A DNA stretch of 55,156 nt from a virus (IMGVR_UViG_3300021959_000053:1-55156); one strand, 5' to 3'. Positions 18,280 through 25,508 are shown, numbered from the stretch's first letter. Notes: generated by a model not told the origin, from the sequence alone. Numbers and translations are program-made.

Positions 18280-18519
18280 ATACGTCAGGTATACTTACCT
18301 ATTTTCTGTGACATTTTTATCACACTACTATGCTATGAGAATACACTCAGTTTTTAGGTCAGTGTTGTTGACATATTAATTTTGTGTACAATTTTAGTTC
18401 AACGTTGAACCATATTTAATTCAAAATGAAACTATAATTTAGTTTAACGTTAAACCTTTTTACAATAGGTCACCACCCCTTACCTATCGGTCTACAATAG
18501 GTAAACACTATTGACCTAA
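18280..18519. promoter_or_regulatory. Four copies of the palindromic operator ATAGGTMA-N7-TKACCTAT
   Basis: 18280-18302, 18354-18376, 18465-18487, 18497-18519. Confidence 0.75.
18397..18455. promoter_or_regulatory. Palindrome array GTTYAACGTTRAAC
   Basis: Perfect at 18397-18410 and 18442-18455, degenerate at 18419-18432. Confidence 0.7.
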
Positions 18520-18530
18520 TTCTATTCTAC

Positions 18531-18567
18531 AAACAAAACAGGAACGAATAGAGAACAAAACGAGAAC
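18531..18567 (+). promoter_or_regulatory. Alphaproteobacterial LexA box array GAAC-N7-GAAC-N7-GAAC
   Basis: GAAC at 18542, 18553, 18564 and AAAC at 18531; 11-bp period. Confidence 0.8.
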
Positions 18568-18642
18568 CACGCCTCAGACCTTCTATTTGCCCCTTAGAAT
18601 GCATCTTTAACCTTTTAGGTACCTTACCACCCTAGAAAACAG

Positions 18643-18679
18643 TTTCACCAAACGTACACCTTTTGTTCTACTTTTGTTC
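18643..18679 (-). promoter_or_regulatory. Second LexA box array in inverted orientation
   Basis: TTTC 18643, GTAC 18654, GTTC 18665, GTTC 18676; 11-bp period. Confidence 0.8.
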
Positions 18680-18826
18680 TCATTTCTTGGGATACTGAAA
18701 TATACTTTCGTATTTCCCGAAACTAAACTATTTTCTATTTATTCTTTTATTCTTTTGTACTACGCGCACCCGCGCCTTTTCATTATATAAATATTGCTAC
18801 TATGCCAAAAGCCTAAAAGTTTACTG

Positions 18827-18931
18827 TAAACTGTTGATTTTAAAGCATAATCAAAATTAATTACATTTATTTACATTATTTTATTCAACGTTTTCAAACA
18901 CTTAGAAAACTAATTATATAACCTATTGATT
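18827..18931. promoter_or_regulatory. IHF consensus sites
   Basis: Minus strand AATCAACAGTTTA (18827-18839) and AATCAATAGGTTA (18919-18931) match WATCAANNNNTTR; one-mismatch site on + at 18892-18904. Confidence 0.65.
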
Positions 18932-18984
18932 TTAAACGATTACTTTTTATTGTGGTTTGTTTTTCCCTATGCCATAACTAATTC

Positions 18985-19400
18985 ATCGAAAGACGGAAAC
19001 GAAAGGAAAACAAAGTGGAGTTGGATGCTCCTAGGATCTAAATTAAATATCCTTGACTAGTACCTACGTGATTTAGTGCGACGGATTTTACGGCATAGCC
19101 TCAATCTGACACTTTATCAAGGCGATACAGCTTGTAGGTGGTTTCTAGCAATGTGATTTTAAGGTGGCTTCACTGGTATCATGCCCAAACCATGTGTTAA
19201 GGGTTGGTGTTCGTTCATTATTAAAATCAAAAGTGGTTGATTGCCAGTAGTCTCTTTTAAAATGGGGATTGGTATCGGACTTCACTGATGGATAGACTGT
19301 TGCAGCATTCGGGTGAAGGTAGAGAAAGCGAAAGACCACAATCATTTTCATATATAAGCATATCATTATGGTGTGTTTTTATTAGAAAATGAAAAGGATA
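18985..19400 (+). ncRNA. Candidate structured RNA / long early leader
   Basis: No credible sense ORF; multiple nested stems. Confidence 0.45.
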
Positions 19401-19405
19401 ATAAC

Positions 19406-19915
19406 ATGACAAACAATATCAAAACAATTGAAGATAAGTTCGTAAATGCTATGGGTTCAGGTGTTGCCGCAAGTGGGCACCTCTTAACTCTTATGGTGAA
19501 TACCGCACAGTCTGAAGATGGCCGTAATCTTGCAAGTGCTATTGCTCGTTTAAATAAAAAGCAGGACAAGCAAGGATCAAACGCGGTTCGTCAAGTGATT
19601 GCATCTGTTTTTGTGGGTGCTAAAATTAAGAAAGCTAAGGATAACAAAACAATTTTGCTATCATTAAAGGATGCTAATCTTAATCAAGAGGCCATGCAAC
19701 GCCTTTCGGATGGTGTTAAAAAGGGTCTGTCTCTCCGTTCAACTCTAGCTAAAACTGTAAAAGGTGAGACCGCCAAACCAAAGGAAGTAACTGCTAGCTC
19801 AATTGCTGTACCAGCTGCGAAAAAAGCTGTAAAAGCCAATATAAAGAAAGCTCAATATATGGCAACAATGGAAGCTGCATTCGATGCTGAAATGAAAGAA
19901 AGACTTGCGAAATAA
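19406..19915 (+). CDS. First early protein, basic, with Ala/Lys-rich C-terminus
   Basis: ATG 19406 with AAGGA RBS; codon usage suggests high expression. Confidence 0.75.
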   Translation: MTNNIKTIEDKFVNAMGSGVAASGHLLTLMVNTAQSEDGRNLASAIARLNKKQDKQGSNAVRQVIASVFVGAKIKKAKDNKTILLSLKDANLNQEAMQRLSDGVKKGLSLRSTLAKTVKGETAKPKEVTASSIAVPAAKKAVKANIKKAQYMATMEAAFDAEMKERLAK

Positions 19916-19974
19916 CAGTTGGTTTATTTGGGCGCACTTTGTACGCTATAGGTGCGTCCTGATGAATTAAACTG
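19916..19974 (+). promoter_or_regulatory. Long intergenic hairpin, RNase III-site-like
   Basis: Over 20 bp of stem with G-U pairs, no U-tract. Confidence 0.5.
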
Positions 19975-19987
19975 GAAGGATATTAAA

Positions 19988-20248
19988 ATGTTTATAAGTG
20001 AAATAAGAATAAGCCATATGTATGAGGCTCTCGAAATAGCTTCTGAAAATGGTGTGGTTGATATCATAGGTCTTCACACTGTGAAAAGAGAGGATAACGT
20101 TACAAACAACGATGGTGATATGTATCAAGAAAACTATATTGACCGTGTTGACGTTTATCATGTCTCTGGAAGGATGTATGACGAACAAGACTTTGCCGTG
20201 TTTTATGTGGACACAATAAGTGGTACTTTCTTTAAAATGCCAGATTAA
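19988..20248 (+). CDS. Early hypothetical protein
   Basis: ATG 19988 with GGAAGGA RBS. Confidence 0.6.
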   Translation: MFISEIRISHMYEALEIASENGVVDIIGLHTVKREDNVTNNDGDMYQENYIDRVDVYHVSGRMYDEQDFAVFYVDTISGTFFKMPD

Positions 20249-20270
20249 ACCTTTGAAAGGGTAAAACAAA

Positions 20271-20441
20271 ATGTATGAAATATTGCGTGTAAAAAATGAA
20301 AACAATACCACTGTTTACCATATAGTAGAAGATGGCTGCATTCAAGAGTTTTGGACATATAAAGAGGCAAAAGAATACCTAGATGCTGTTAATAAACACT
20401 TTGACGCGCATGTACAGCACTTGCTGGCAAAGTTTGAATGA
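20271..20441 (+). CDS. Early hypothetical protein, 56 aa (not in ORF track)
   Basis: MYEILRVKNE...LLAKFE, AAAGGG RBS. Confidence 0.6.
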   Translation: MYEILRVKNENNTTVYHIVEDGCIQEFWTYKEAKEYLDAVNKHFDAHVQHLLAKFE

Positions 20442-20442
20442 T

Positions 20443-20491
20443 GGTTGACTTATTGGGTACATCTGAAAAGGTGTACCTAGATAAATTAACT
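20443..20491 (+). promoter_or_regulatory. Long intergenic hairpin, RNase III-site-like
   Basis: GTTGACTTAT-TGGGTACATCT-GAAA-AGGTGTACCTA-G-ATAAATTAAC. Confidence 0.5.
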
Positions 20492-20513
20492 GACCTTGAA
20501 AGGGCATGATAAA

Positions 20514-20744
20514 ATGTATGTGATAAATGTAGCTAAAAGGTATCGGCGTAGCTGGGACAACAAAGAAGATTTATATTCTTTTTATTTTAGGGTTGAGACT
20601 GGTATGATTGATGTATCGGGTACAACTCCACATGGTTCCACTTTACTTGACTTGGTTGAGGAAATGAGAGACAACTATCCTTCACCGCGTTACAATGTAA
20701 GTGTTTCAAAAGTGATTTCATACAAGGAAGATGTAAATATTTAA
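20514..20744 (+). CDS. Early hypothetical protein
   Basis: ORF with plausible RBS. Confidence 0.6.
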   Translation: MYVINVAKRYRRSWDNKEDLYSFYFRVETGMIDVSGTTPHGSTLLDLVEEMRDNYPSPRYNVSVSKVISYKEDVNI

Positions 20745-20759
20745 AGGAAGGATAAGACA

Positions 20760-20939
20760 ATGAAAACAGAATTGTACGTAGTGGTAGTTTTACCGCCTGA
20801 TGATGAACCTTATGTATGGTCCGACAACACTTGCTCAGGTGAAGCTTATTGCTCTGCTTCAGAAGCATTCCATGAGACAGGGTGTAGAGCCGTAGTCAAA
20901 ACAGTCCTATTGCATAGCCATGATAAGGAGTCGGTATAA
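20760..20939 (+). CDS. Early hypothetical protein, 59 aa (not in ORF track)
   Basis: MKTELYVVVV...DKESV, AAGGA RBS. Confidence 0.6.
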   Translation: MKTELYVVVVLPPDDEPYVWSDNTCSGEAYCSASEAFHETGCRAVVKTVLLHSHDKESV

Positions 20940-21018
20940 ATTGACAAGGCACACGCTGCCATACTATCAACATTAAACGGCACCAGTTGTGTCGAACCAC
21001 AATGAGAGGATATTTCAA

Positions 21019-21687
21019 ATGTATAAAAGAGACTGTATCGCAATTGCAGAACACGCTGCAGCAAGTCCAGAAGGCTTAATAGATGTTATTGAGTTTACCT
21101 TGTGTACAATACAAGCAGGGTTAAGCACTGTCAAAAATCAACGTCTAGACATCAGAGACAACGGCCTAAGAAGTAAGTATCTGTGGGGTAAGAAGTCTGA
21201 CGGTATGGCCTATGTGCAGACTAACATAGGTTTCTTGTGGCCTAAGCTTATGCAGCTCAAAGAGAGAGCGTGTTGTGGCTTTGAGGAGTTTGAGTATCTT
21301 GAAAAGTACTTAGACAATGGGACAAGCTTAGGTGATGCTGACGTAATAACAGAGGGTATCATGTTACTTATGAAAGTGCCTAACCTTGGAATGGTTAAAG
21401 CTGCTTTTGTGATGCAGATGTTAGGCTTTGATGTAGCGTGTATTGATAGCCACAACCTAACTAGGCTTGGTATGTCAGCTAATGCTGTGAAGATAGGTGC
21501 CAAACTCAAAACAGAGACTAAGTACAAGAAGATACGTGACTACGTTCTAATGACACAAGAGAGAGGAACAGAGTTTTGGTGGAATACATGGTGCGAATAC
21601 GTAGCAGGTAACAGAGCTAACAAGCTATTAGACACAGGTGATGTTGTGTCACGCTTTCATGTAGAATGTGTAATGGAGTTGAAATAA
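21019..21687 (+). CDS. HhH-GPD superfamily DNA glycosylase-like protein
   Basis: LMKVPNLGMVKAAFVMQMLG-FDVACIDSHNL resembles the helix-hairpin-helix plus Asp-x-His motif; GAGGA RBS. Confidence 0.55.
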   Translation: MYKRDCIAIAEHAAASPEGLIDVIEFTLCTIQAGLSTVKNQRLDIRDNGLRSKYLWGKKSDGMAYVQTNIGFLWPKLMQLKERACCGFEEFEYLEKYLDNGTSLGDADVITEGIMLLMKVPNLGMVKAAFVMQMLGFDVACIDSHNLTRLGMSANAVKIGAKLKTETKYKKIRDYVLMTQERGTEFWWNTWCEYVAGNRANKLLDTGDVVSRFHVECVMELK

Positions 21688-21703
21688 TGGAAAAGTCTGG
21701 GTA

Positions 21704-21946
21704 ATGGAAAGATATGATAGTAAGGAGCGTCTATTAGTCTTAGCTGAACAGTATGAGCTCACACCTGACGAACTCTTAGATACTTTAGGGTTTGCAGATA
21801 TAGGTGTTCCAGGAATTTGTATTAATAATACTTGCCCTGATTGGAGTGATGACAAGGTGTCATGGCATGGGTACAGTTATTGTAATTGGTGCGGCACTAA
21901 TACTGTTGTGTCATGTGTAACTTTAGCAAACGAAACAAAAGGATAA
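21704..21946 (+). CDS. Small Zn-finger protein
   Basis: PGICINNTC...CNWC...C. Confidence 0.6.
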   Translation: MERYDSKERLLVLAEQYELTPDELLDTLGFADIGVPGICINNTCPDWSDDKVSWHGYSYCNWCGTNTVVSCVTLANETKG

Positions 21947-21950
21947 TACT

Positions 21951-22313
21951 ATGTTTACAGATAAACAATTAACTATGTTAGAAGAAGTCCTAGAATTTTA
22001 TGGACCTAGAACACGCTCTAAGCACGGTTACAACGACTGGGGTAACTTGCTTGCAAAGGTAAGGAAAAGTAAAGGTGTTAAGGTAGTAACACTAGGTCAA
22101 GCATCTAAGATGACTGGTGTATCTAAGCCTACAATATCTAAAGCTGTTATGGATCGGCGTGTGTTTGGTAAGAAGGTAGATGGTGTGTTTCAGATTGAGG
22201 TACCAGCCCTCTTGAGTGTATACCCTGCAAAACCAGCAACAGAAACAAAGGGAAAAGCAAAGGTTATACACCAAGATGACTCTATACTAGTAACGATAAG
22301 GATTGAAAAATGA
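21951..22313 (+). CDS. HTH (excisionase/MerR-like) DNA-binding protein
   Basis: TLGQASKMTGVSKPTISKAV...G.FQIE. Confidence 0.7.
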   Translation: MFTDKQLTMLEEVLEFYGPRTRSKHGYNDWGNLLAKVRKSKGVKVVTLGQASKMTGVSKPTISKAVMDRRVFGKKVDGVFQIEVPALLSVYPAKPATETKGKAKVIHQDDSILVTIRIEK

Positions 22314-22537
22314 GAGAGACTAATTTATTAGTATCAGCCGATGTAGAAATGATGGCGTGTGATGGAGAGGTAACAGGCTTCTACGTAGAAAATATCCCAT
22401 GCATTTGGGTGTGGGACTTATCGTCACGAGAATCTGCGGAGTATTGGGCGGTGTGTGACTACGTAAACAGCAAGTACAAGTACGACTGGTTCTCAGTAAA
22501 GAGCTGGTCTGGAAGCCCTATAAAAAAGGAGAAATGA
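22310..22537 (+). CDS. Hypothetical protein
   Basis: ATGA coupling to the upstream gene. Confidence 0.55.
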   Translation: MRETNLLVSADVEMMACDGEVTGFYVENIPCIWVWDLSSRESAEYWAVCDYVNSKYKYDWFSVKSWSGSPIKKEK

Positions 22538-22540
22538 GCT

Positions 22541-22705
22541 ATGTATTCTGCCCTAACAACAACCTGTTATTTACTATGCGGATTAAGCCTAGTTGTACTA
22601 GCTTCAATCGCGCACTCAATTGAGATTGACAACTATGCACACTGGGTGTTACTACTTGTTGCACTAGTGTGCTTCACTAAAGCTACTATAACATACAACA
22701 ACTAA
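22541..22705 (+). CDS. Small two-TM membrane protein, 54 aa (not in ORF track)
   Basis: MYSALTTTCYLLCGLSLVV..., AGGAG RBS. Confidence 0.55.
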   Translation: MYSALTTTCYLLCGLSLVVLASIAHSIEIDNYAHWVLLLVALVCFTKATITYNN

Positions 22706-22718
22706 TTGGAGAAATAAT

Positions 22719-22916
22719 ATGTCTTTTATCTATGTAACTAAAGTTATGTCCGACGACAGCATGATGGCATCCACTACTACTAAGGATTTACGTCGAGCCG
22801 TAGTTTGGGCCTCAAAGAATACGATGGAAGGTGATACGGTTATTATCAAAGAGGGCTATGTGTGTGCAGATCAAGGTATTGATGAGGCCAACACAATACT
22901 CAACTATGTGGTATAA
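22719..22916 (+). CDS. Hypothetical protein
   Basis: GGAG RBS. Confidence 0.6.
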   Translation: MSFIYVTKVMSDDSMMASTTTKDLRRAVVWASKNTMEGDTVIIKEGYVCADQGIDEANTILNYVV

Positions 22917-22971
22917 GTGTCACACATAAATAAAGTATATGTACAATATCTCCTACTTTACTACTTTAGAC

Positions 22972-23000
22972 TTGACGAACTAAATGTATACCCTTAAAAT
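22972..23000 (+). promoter_or_regulatory. sigma70-type promoter
   Basis: TTGACG-17 nt-TAAAAT. Confidence 0.7.
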
Positions 23001-23088
23001 AACCTTAGGTTTACTTAAAGTTTTATTAATGTTTATGAGTAAAGTAGGAATAGAGTATATACTTAAAGTATAAGAAAGGATAATACAA

Positions 23089-23574
23089 ATGCCTAATCAC
23101 TGTGATCAACAAGTTAATATTAGTGGGCCTTGGGCTATGGTGCAGGAGCTATATTTTAATTTAAGCAGAGGACATGATGCCAGGTTTTGTGATGCCGTAA
23201 CACCAATGCCACTGACTAAGGTAGCTGATGCGTACAACTGGCGTTGGGATAACTGGGGTACAAAGTGGGACGTTTGTGATGTATACCTTGCGTCTGATTT
23301 AACTTGGTATGAAGACGAATCAACAGGAGACTTTGACTTCACTTGTTGGACAGCATGGGGTCCACCTGTACCTATCTGGGATAAGCTATTTGGTCTAGGT
23401 GTAAAAGTCCACGCTTATTACCAAGACGAAGGTTGTATGTTTGAAGGTAAGTACATAGATGGAAGGAACACATCTTGGGATCCATCAGAAATAGACATAG
23501 ATACTTTAGACAGACTAAGAGATGAGGATGATTTCGTTAGTTGTTTGTGTAGAAGTTATTCACACCAAATTTAA
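23089..23574 (+). CDS. YubB/DUF1281-like ferredoxin-fold protein
   Basis: MPNHC start, YNWRWDNWGTKWDV, TAWGPP, DEGCMFEG. Confidence 0.75.
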   Translation: MPNHCDQQVNISGPWAMVQELYFNLSRGHDARFCDAVTPMPLTKVADAYNWRWDNWGTKWDVCDVYLASDLTWYEDESTGDFDFTCWTAWGPPVPIWDKLFGLGVKVHAYYQDEGCMFEGKYIDGRNTSWDPSEIDIDTLDRLRDEDDFVSCLCRSYSHQI

Positions 23575-23589
23575 GCAGGAGTTCAGATA

Positions 23590-23682
23590 ATGAGTAAAAA
23601 GGAATCAGTACTAGTTGGCGTTCTTATGGGCGCTTCAATCTCAGCCGCAATATTTGGCCCAATCATGTTAGGAATTATATAA
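23590..23682 (+). CDS. 30-aa single-TM peptide (not in ORF track)
   Basis: MSKKESVLVGVLMGASISAAIFGPIMLGII, AGGAG RBS, TAATG coupling. Confidence 0.55.
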   Translation: MSKKESVLVGVLMGASISAAIFGPIMLGII

Positions 23683-23975
23683 TGAAACTTAAAAACAAAA
23701 CACAAATTACTGAGAAAGAGCTTGTCACAATCCTACAGTTTCACAACGCAGTAAAAGAAATACTAGAAAGTCTTTCGGAATCATTTACGTGCACTCTGGA
23801 TGAAGCATCAAAGCTTCAATCACTAAAATACGAAGTACAAGGCATTTTTGAATTTGCCCCTAAGAGGGGTGATCAAGGCCCTGAGTTCTGGAGAGACTAC
23901 GTACTTAAAACAGATAAGGATGCGTACTTCACTGAGTACAGACTAGAACAAATGAAAGAAAATGATATTAGTTGA
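23682..23975 (+). CDS. Hypothetical protein
   Basis: ORF with AGGA RBS. Confidence 0.6.
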   Translation: MKLKNKTQITEKELVTILQFHNAVKEILESLSESFTCTLDEASKLQSLKYEVQGIFEFAPKRGDQGPEFWRDYVLKTDKDAYFTEYRLEQMKENDIS

Positions 23976-24154
23976 AACTAATATACAGAGGTGGTACAAT
24001 GGGTTTCAAAGAACGTGAAGACTTTACAGAAGATGAGTATGTTGAAATGCTGTACTACTACCAAGAGTTTCTAAAGAGCGAGGGTTATACCTTCGAAGAC
24101 TTTGAGAAGTTTTTGGTAGACGGTGGCTACGGCAAACCAATTACACGTCACTAA
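23972..24154 (+). CDS. Hypothetical protein
   Basis: Short ORF, start uncertain. Confidence 0.45.
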   Translation: MKLIYRGGTMGFKEREDFTEDEYVEMLYYYQEFLKSEGYTFEDFEKFLVDGGYGKPITRH

Positions 24155-24218
24155 ACCACTACTATGACAAAGCAAATCTTTTTCAGTTTGTCATAGATAA
24201 CATTGATAGACTATAACA

Positions 24219-24295
24219 GTCTCCTTAGCTCAACTGGATAGAGCAACTGCCTTCTAAGCAGTAGGTTACAGGTTCGAGTCCTGTAGGGGACACCA
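24219..24295 (+). tRNA. tRNA-Arg(TCT)
   Basis: Acceptor GTCTCCT/AGGGGAC, D-arm, anticodon stem ACTGC/GCAGT with loop CTTCTAA, GGTTCGAGTCC T-arm, encoded CCA. Confidence 0.95.
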
Positions 24296-24313
24296 AAAAC
24301 AGAAAGAAAGACA

Positions 24314-24484
24314 ATGATAACAATCTTTGCTTTAGCAGCCGTGATTACCTTTAGTTTATACTTATGGGTGACTTTACTTCAAACGCAGACATTAGTTGAG
24401 GAGTTAGACGACGTTCTAGTTGAACTATCTGAGTCCCATAATTCACTTGTTCTAAAAATAACAGAGGCACTTAGTAATGACTAA
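24314..24484 (+). CDS. Membrane-anchored small protein, 56 aa (not in ORF track)
   Basis: MITIFALAAVITFSLYLWV followed by coiled coil. Confidence 0.5.
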   Translation: MITIFALAAVITFSLYLWVTLLQTQTLVEELDDVLVELSESHNSLVLKITEALSND

Positions 24485-24671
24485 CACAACATCAAATGCA
24501 CCCAAAATGAGCCGTAGACACTACCAGTTTATAGCTGACAATATCAGCCCTCTCTTGGACTGGCCTTCTGGCCTACAGGACATGGCTGACATATTATCCA
24601 GTACTAACGACAATTTTGACAGAGATATCTTTCTCAAACGTGCAACAGCGGCATGGGAGGCCAATCAGTAA
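24477..24671 (+). CDS. Hypothetical protein
   Basis: MSRRHYQFIA...NDNFDRDIF pattern common in phage early genes. Confidence 0.65.
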   Translation: MTNTTSNAPKMSRRHYQFIADNISPLLDWPSGLQDMADILSSTNDNFDRDIFLKRATAAWEANQ

Positions 24672-24850
24672 TGTTCTTTTTATTAATATGGTTCCAAGTC
24701 TTACCCGATCAAGGTGTTAGGTACCATCACTTAGGTACCTTTGAGAATAATACTATTTGCATGGCAGAACTAAAACATGCATCCGTTATGGTTAATGACT
24801 CAACAGAAACAATAGAGTGTATTGGAGTTAAAACATATGGCAAAGATTGA
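24671..24850 (+). CDS. Hypothetical protein
   Basis: TAATG coupling; LGTF..C...C pattern. Confidence 0.55.
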   Translation: MFFLLIWFQVLPDQGVRYHHLGTFENNTICMAELKHASVMVNDSTETIECIGVKTYGKD

Positions 24851-25508
24851 AGTAACATACATTGACCACATGGGGTCAGACCTTACTGTAGCCAACGCTG
24901 CCCGTGTTTCATTTGGTAAAAAAAGTGAACTAGACACGTCTGATGTTTGGGGTCCACCAACTCTAAAAGAAAAGGATGCCAAGTTAATTAATTATTTAGC
25001 AGACCATGATCACATCAGTCCGTTTGGTCATTGCTTCGCCAGTTTTCATGTGAAGGCCCCTATCTTTGTGGCACGACAGCTAGTGAAGCATAAGTTTCTA
25101 CGTTGGAATGAGATCAGTCGTCGTTACGTAGATGATGAGCCTGAGTTCTATGTACCTGAGGTATGGCGTGGACGTGCTGAGAATGTTAAGCAAGGCAGTG
25201 CAGGTGAAGTTAAGCTACCCTACCTAGTACCTCACGAGTTCAATAGGTCTGCCCTGTATGAGTACGAAACTTTGCTTGAAGCTGGAGTAGCGCCTGAGCA
25301 AGCTCGTATGGTTCTACCACAGTCAACCATGACTGAGTGGTACTGGTCAGGTAGTCTTGATGCCTTTGCTGATATGTGTGACCTTAGATGTACCACTAAC
25401 ACACAAACTGAGACACGAGAAGTAGCACAGCGTATTAACTCAGAGATGGAGCTCTTGTTCCCTGTATCTTGGGTATCTTTGATGGGTTCTTTGGAATGGA
25501 TCGGGTAG
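24837..25508 (+). CDS. thyX: Flavin-dependent thymidylate synthase
   Basis: VANAARVS, HISPF, ARQLVKH...NEISRRY, EQARMVLP. Confidence 0.93.
   Translation: MAKIEVTYIDHMGSDLTVANAARVSFGKKSELDTSDVWGPPTLKEKDAKLINYLADHDHISPFGHCFASFHVKAPIFVARQLVKHKFLRWNEISRRYVDDEPEFYVPEVWRGRAENVKQGSAGEVKLPYLVPHEFNRSALYEYETLLEAGVAPEQARMVLPQSTMTEWYWSGSLDAFADMCDLRCTTNTQTETREVAQRINSEMELLFPVSWVSLMGSLEWIG

Noticed and set aside
18307-18324. CRP box
   Set aside because: TGTGA and TCACA are separated by 8 nt, not 6
19145-19569. Minus-strand ORFs 19145-19366 and 19366-19569
   Set aside because: Antisense to the early transcript, no RBS, no recognisable motifs
19960-20005. Hammerhead ribozyme (CTGATGA ... GAAA)
   Set aside because: No stem II between the core motifs; the CTGATGA is part of a simple hairpin
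20941-20970. Promoter at TTGACA 20941
   Set aside because: No good -10 box at 17 nt spacing; possible but unsupported
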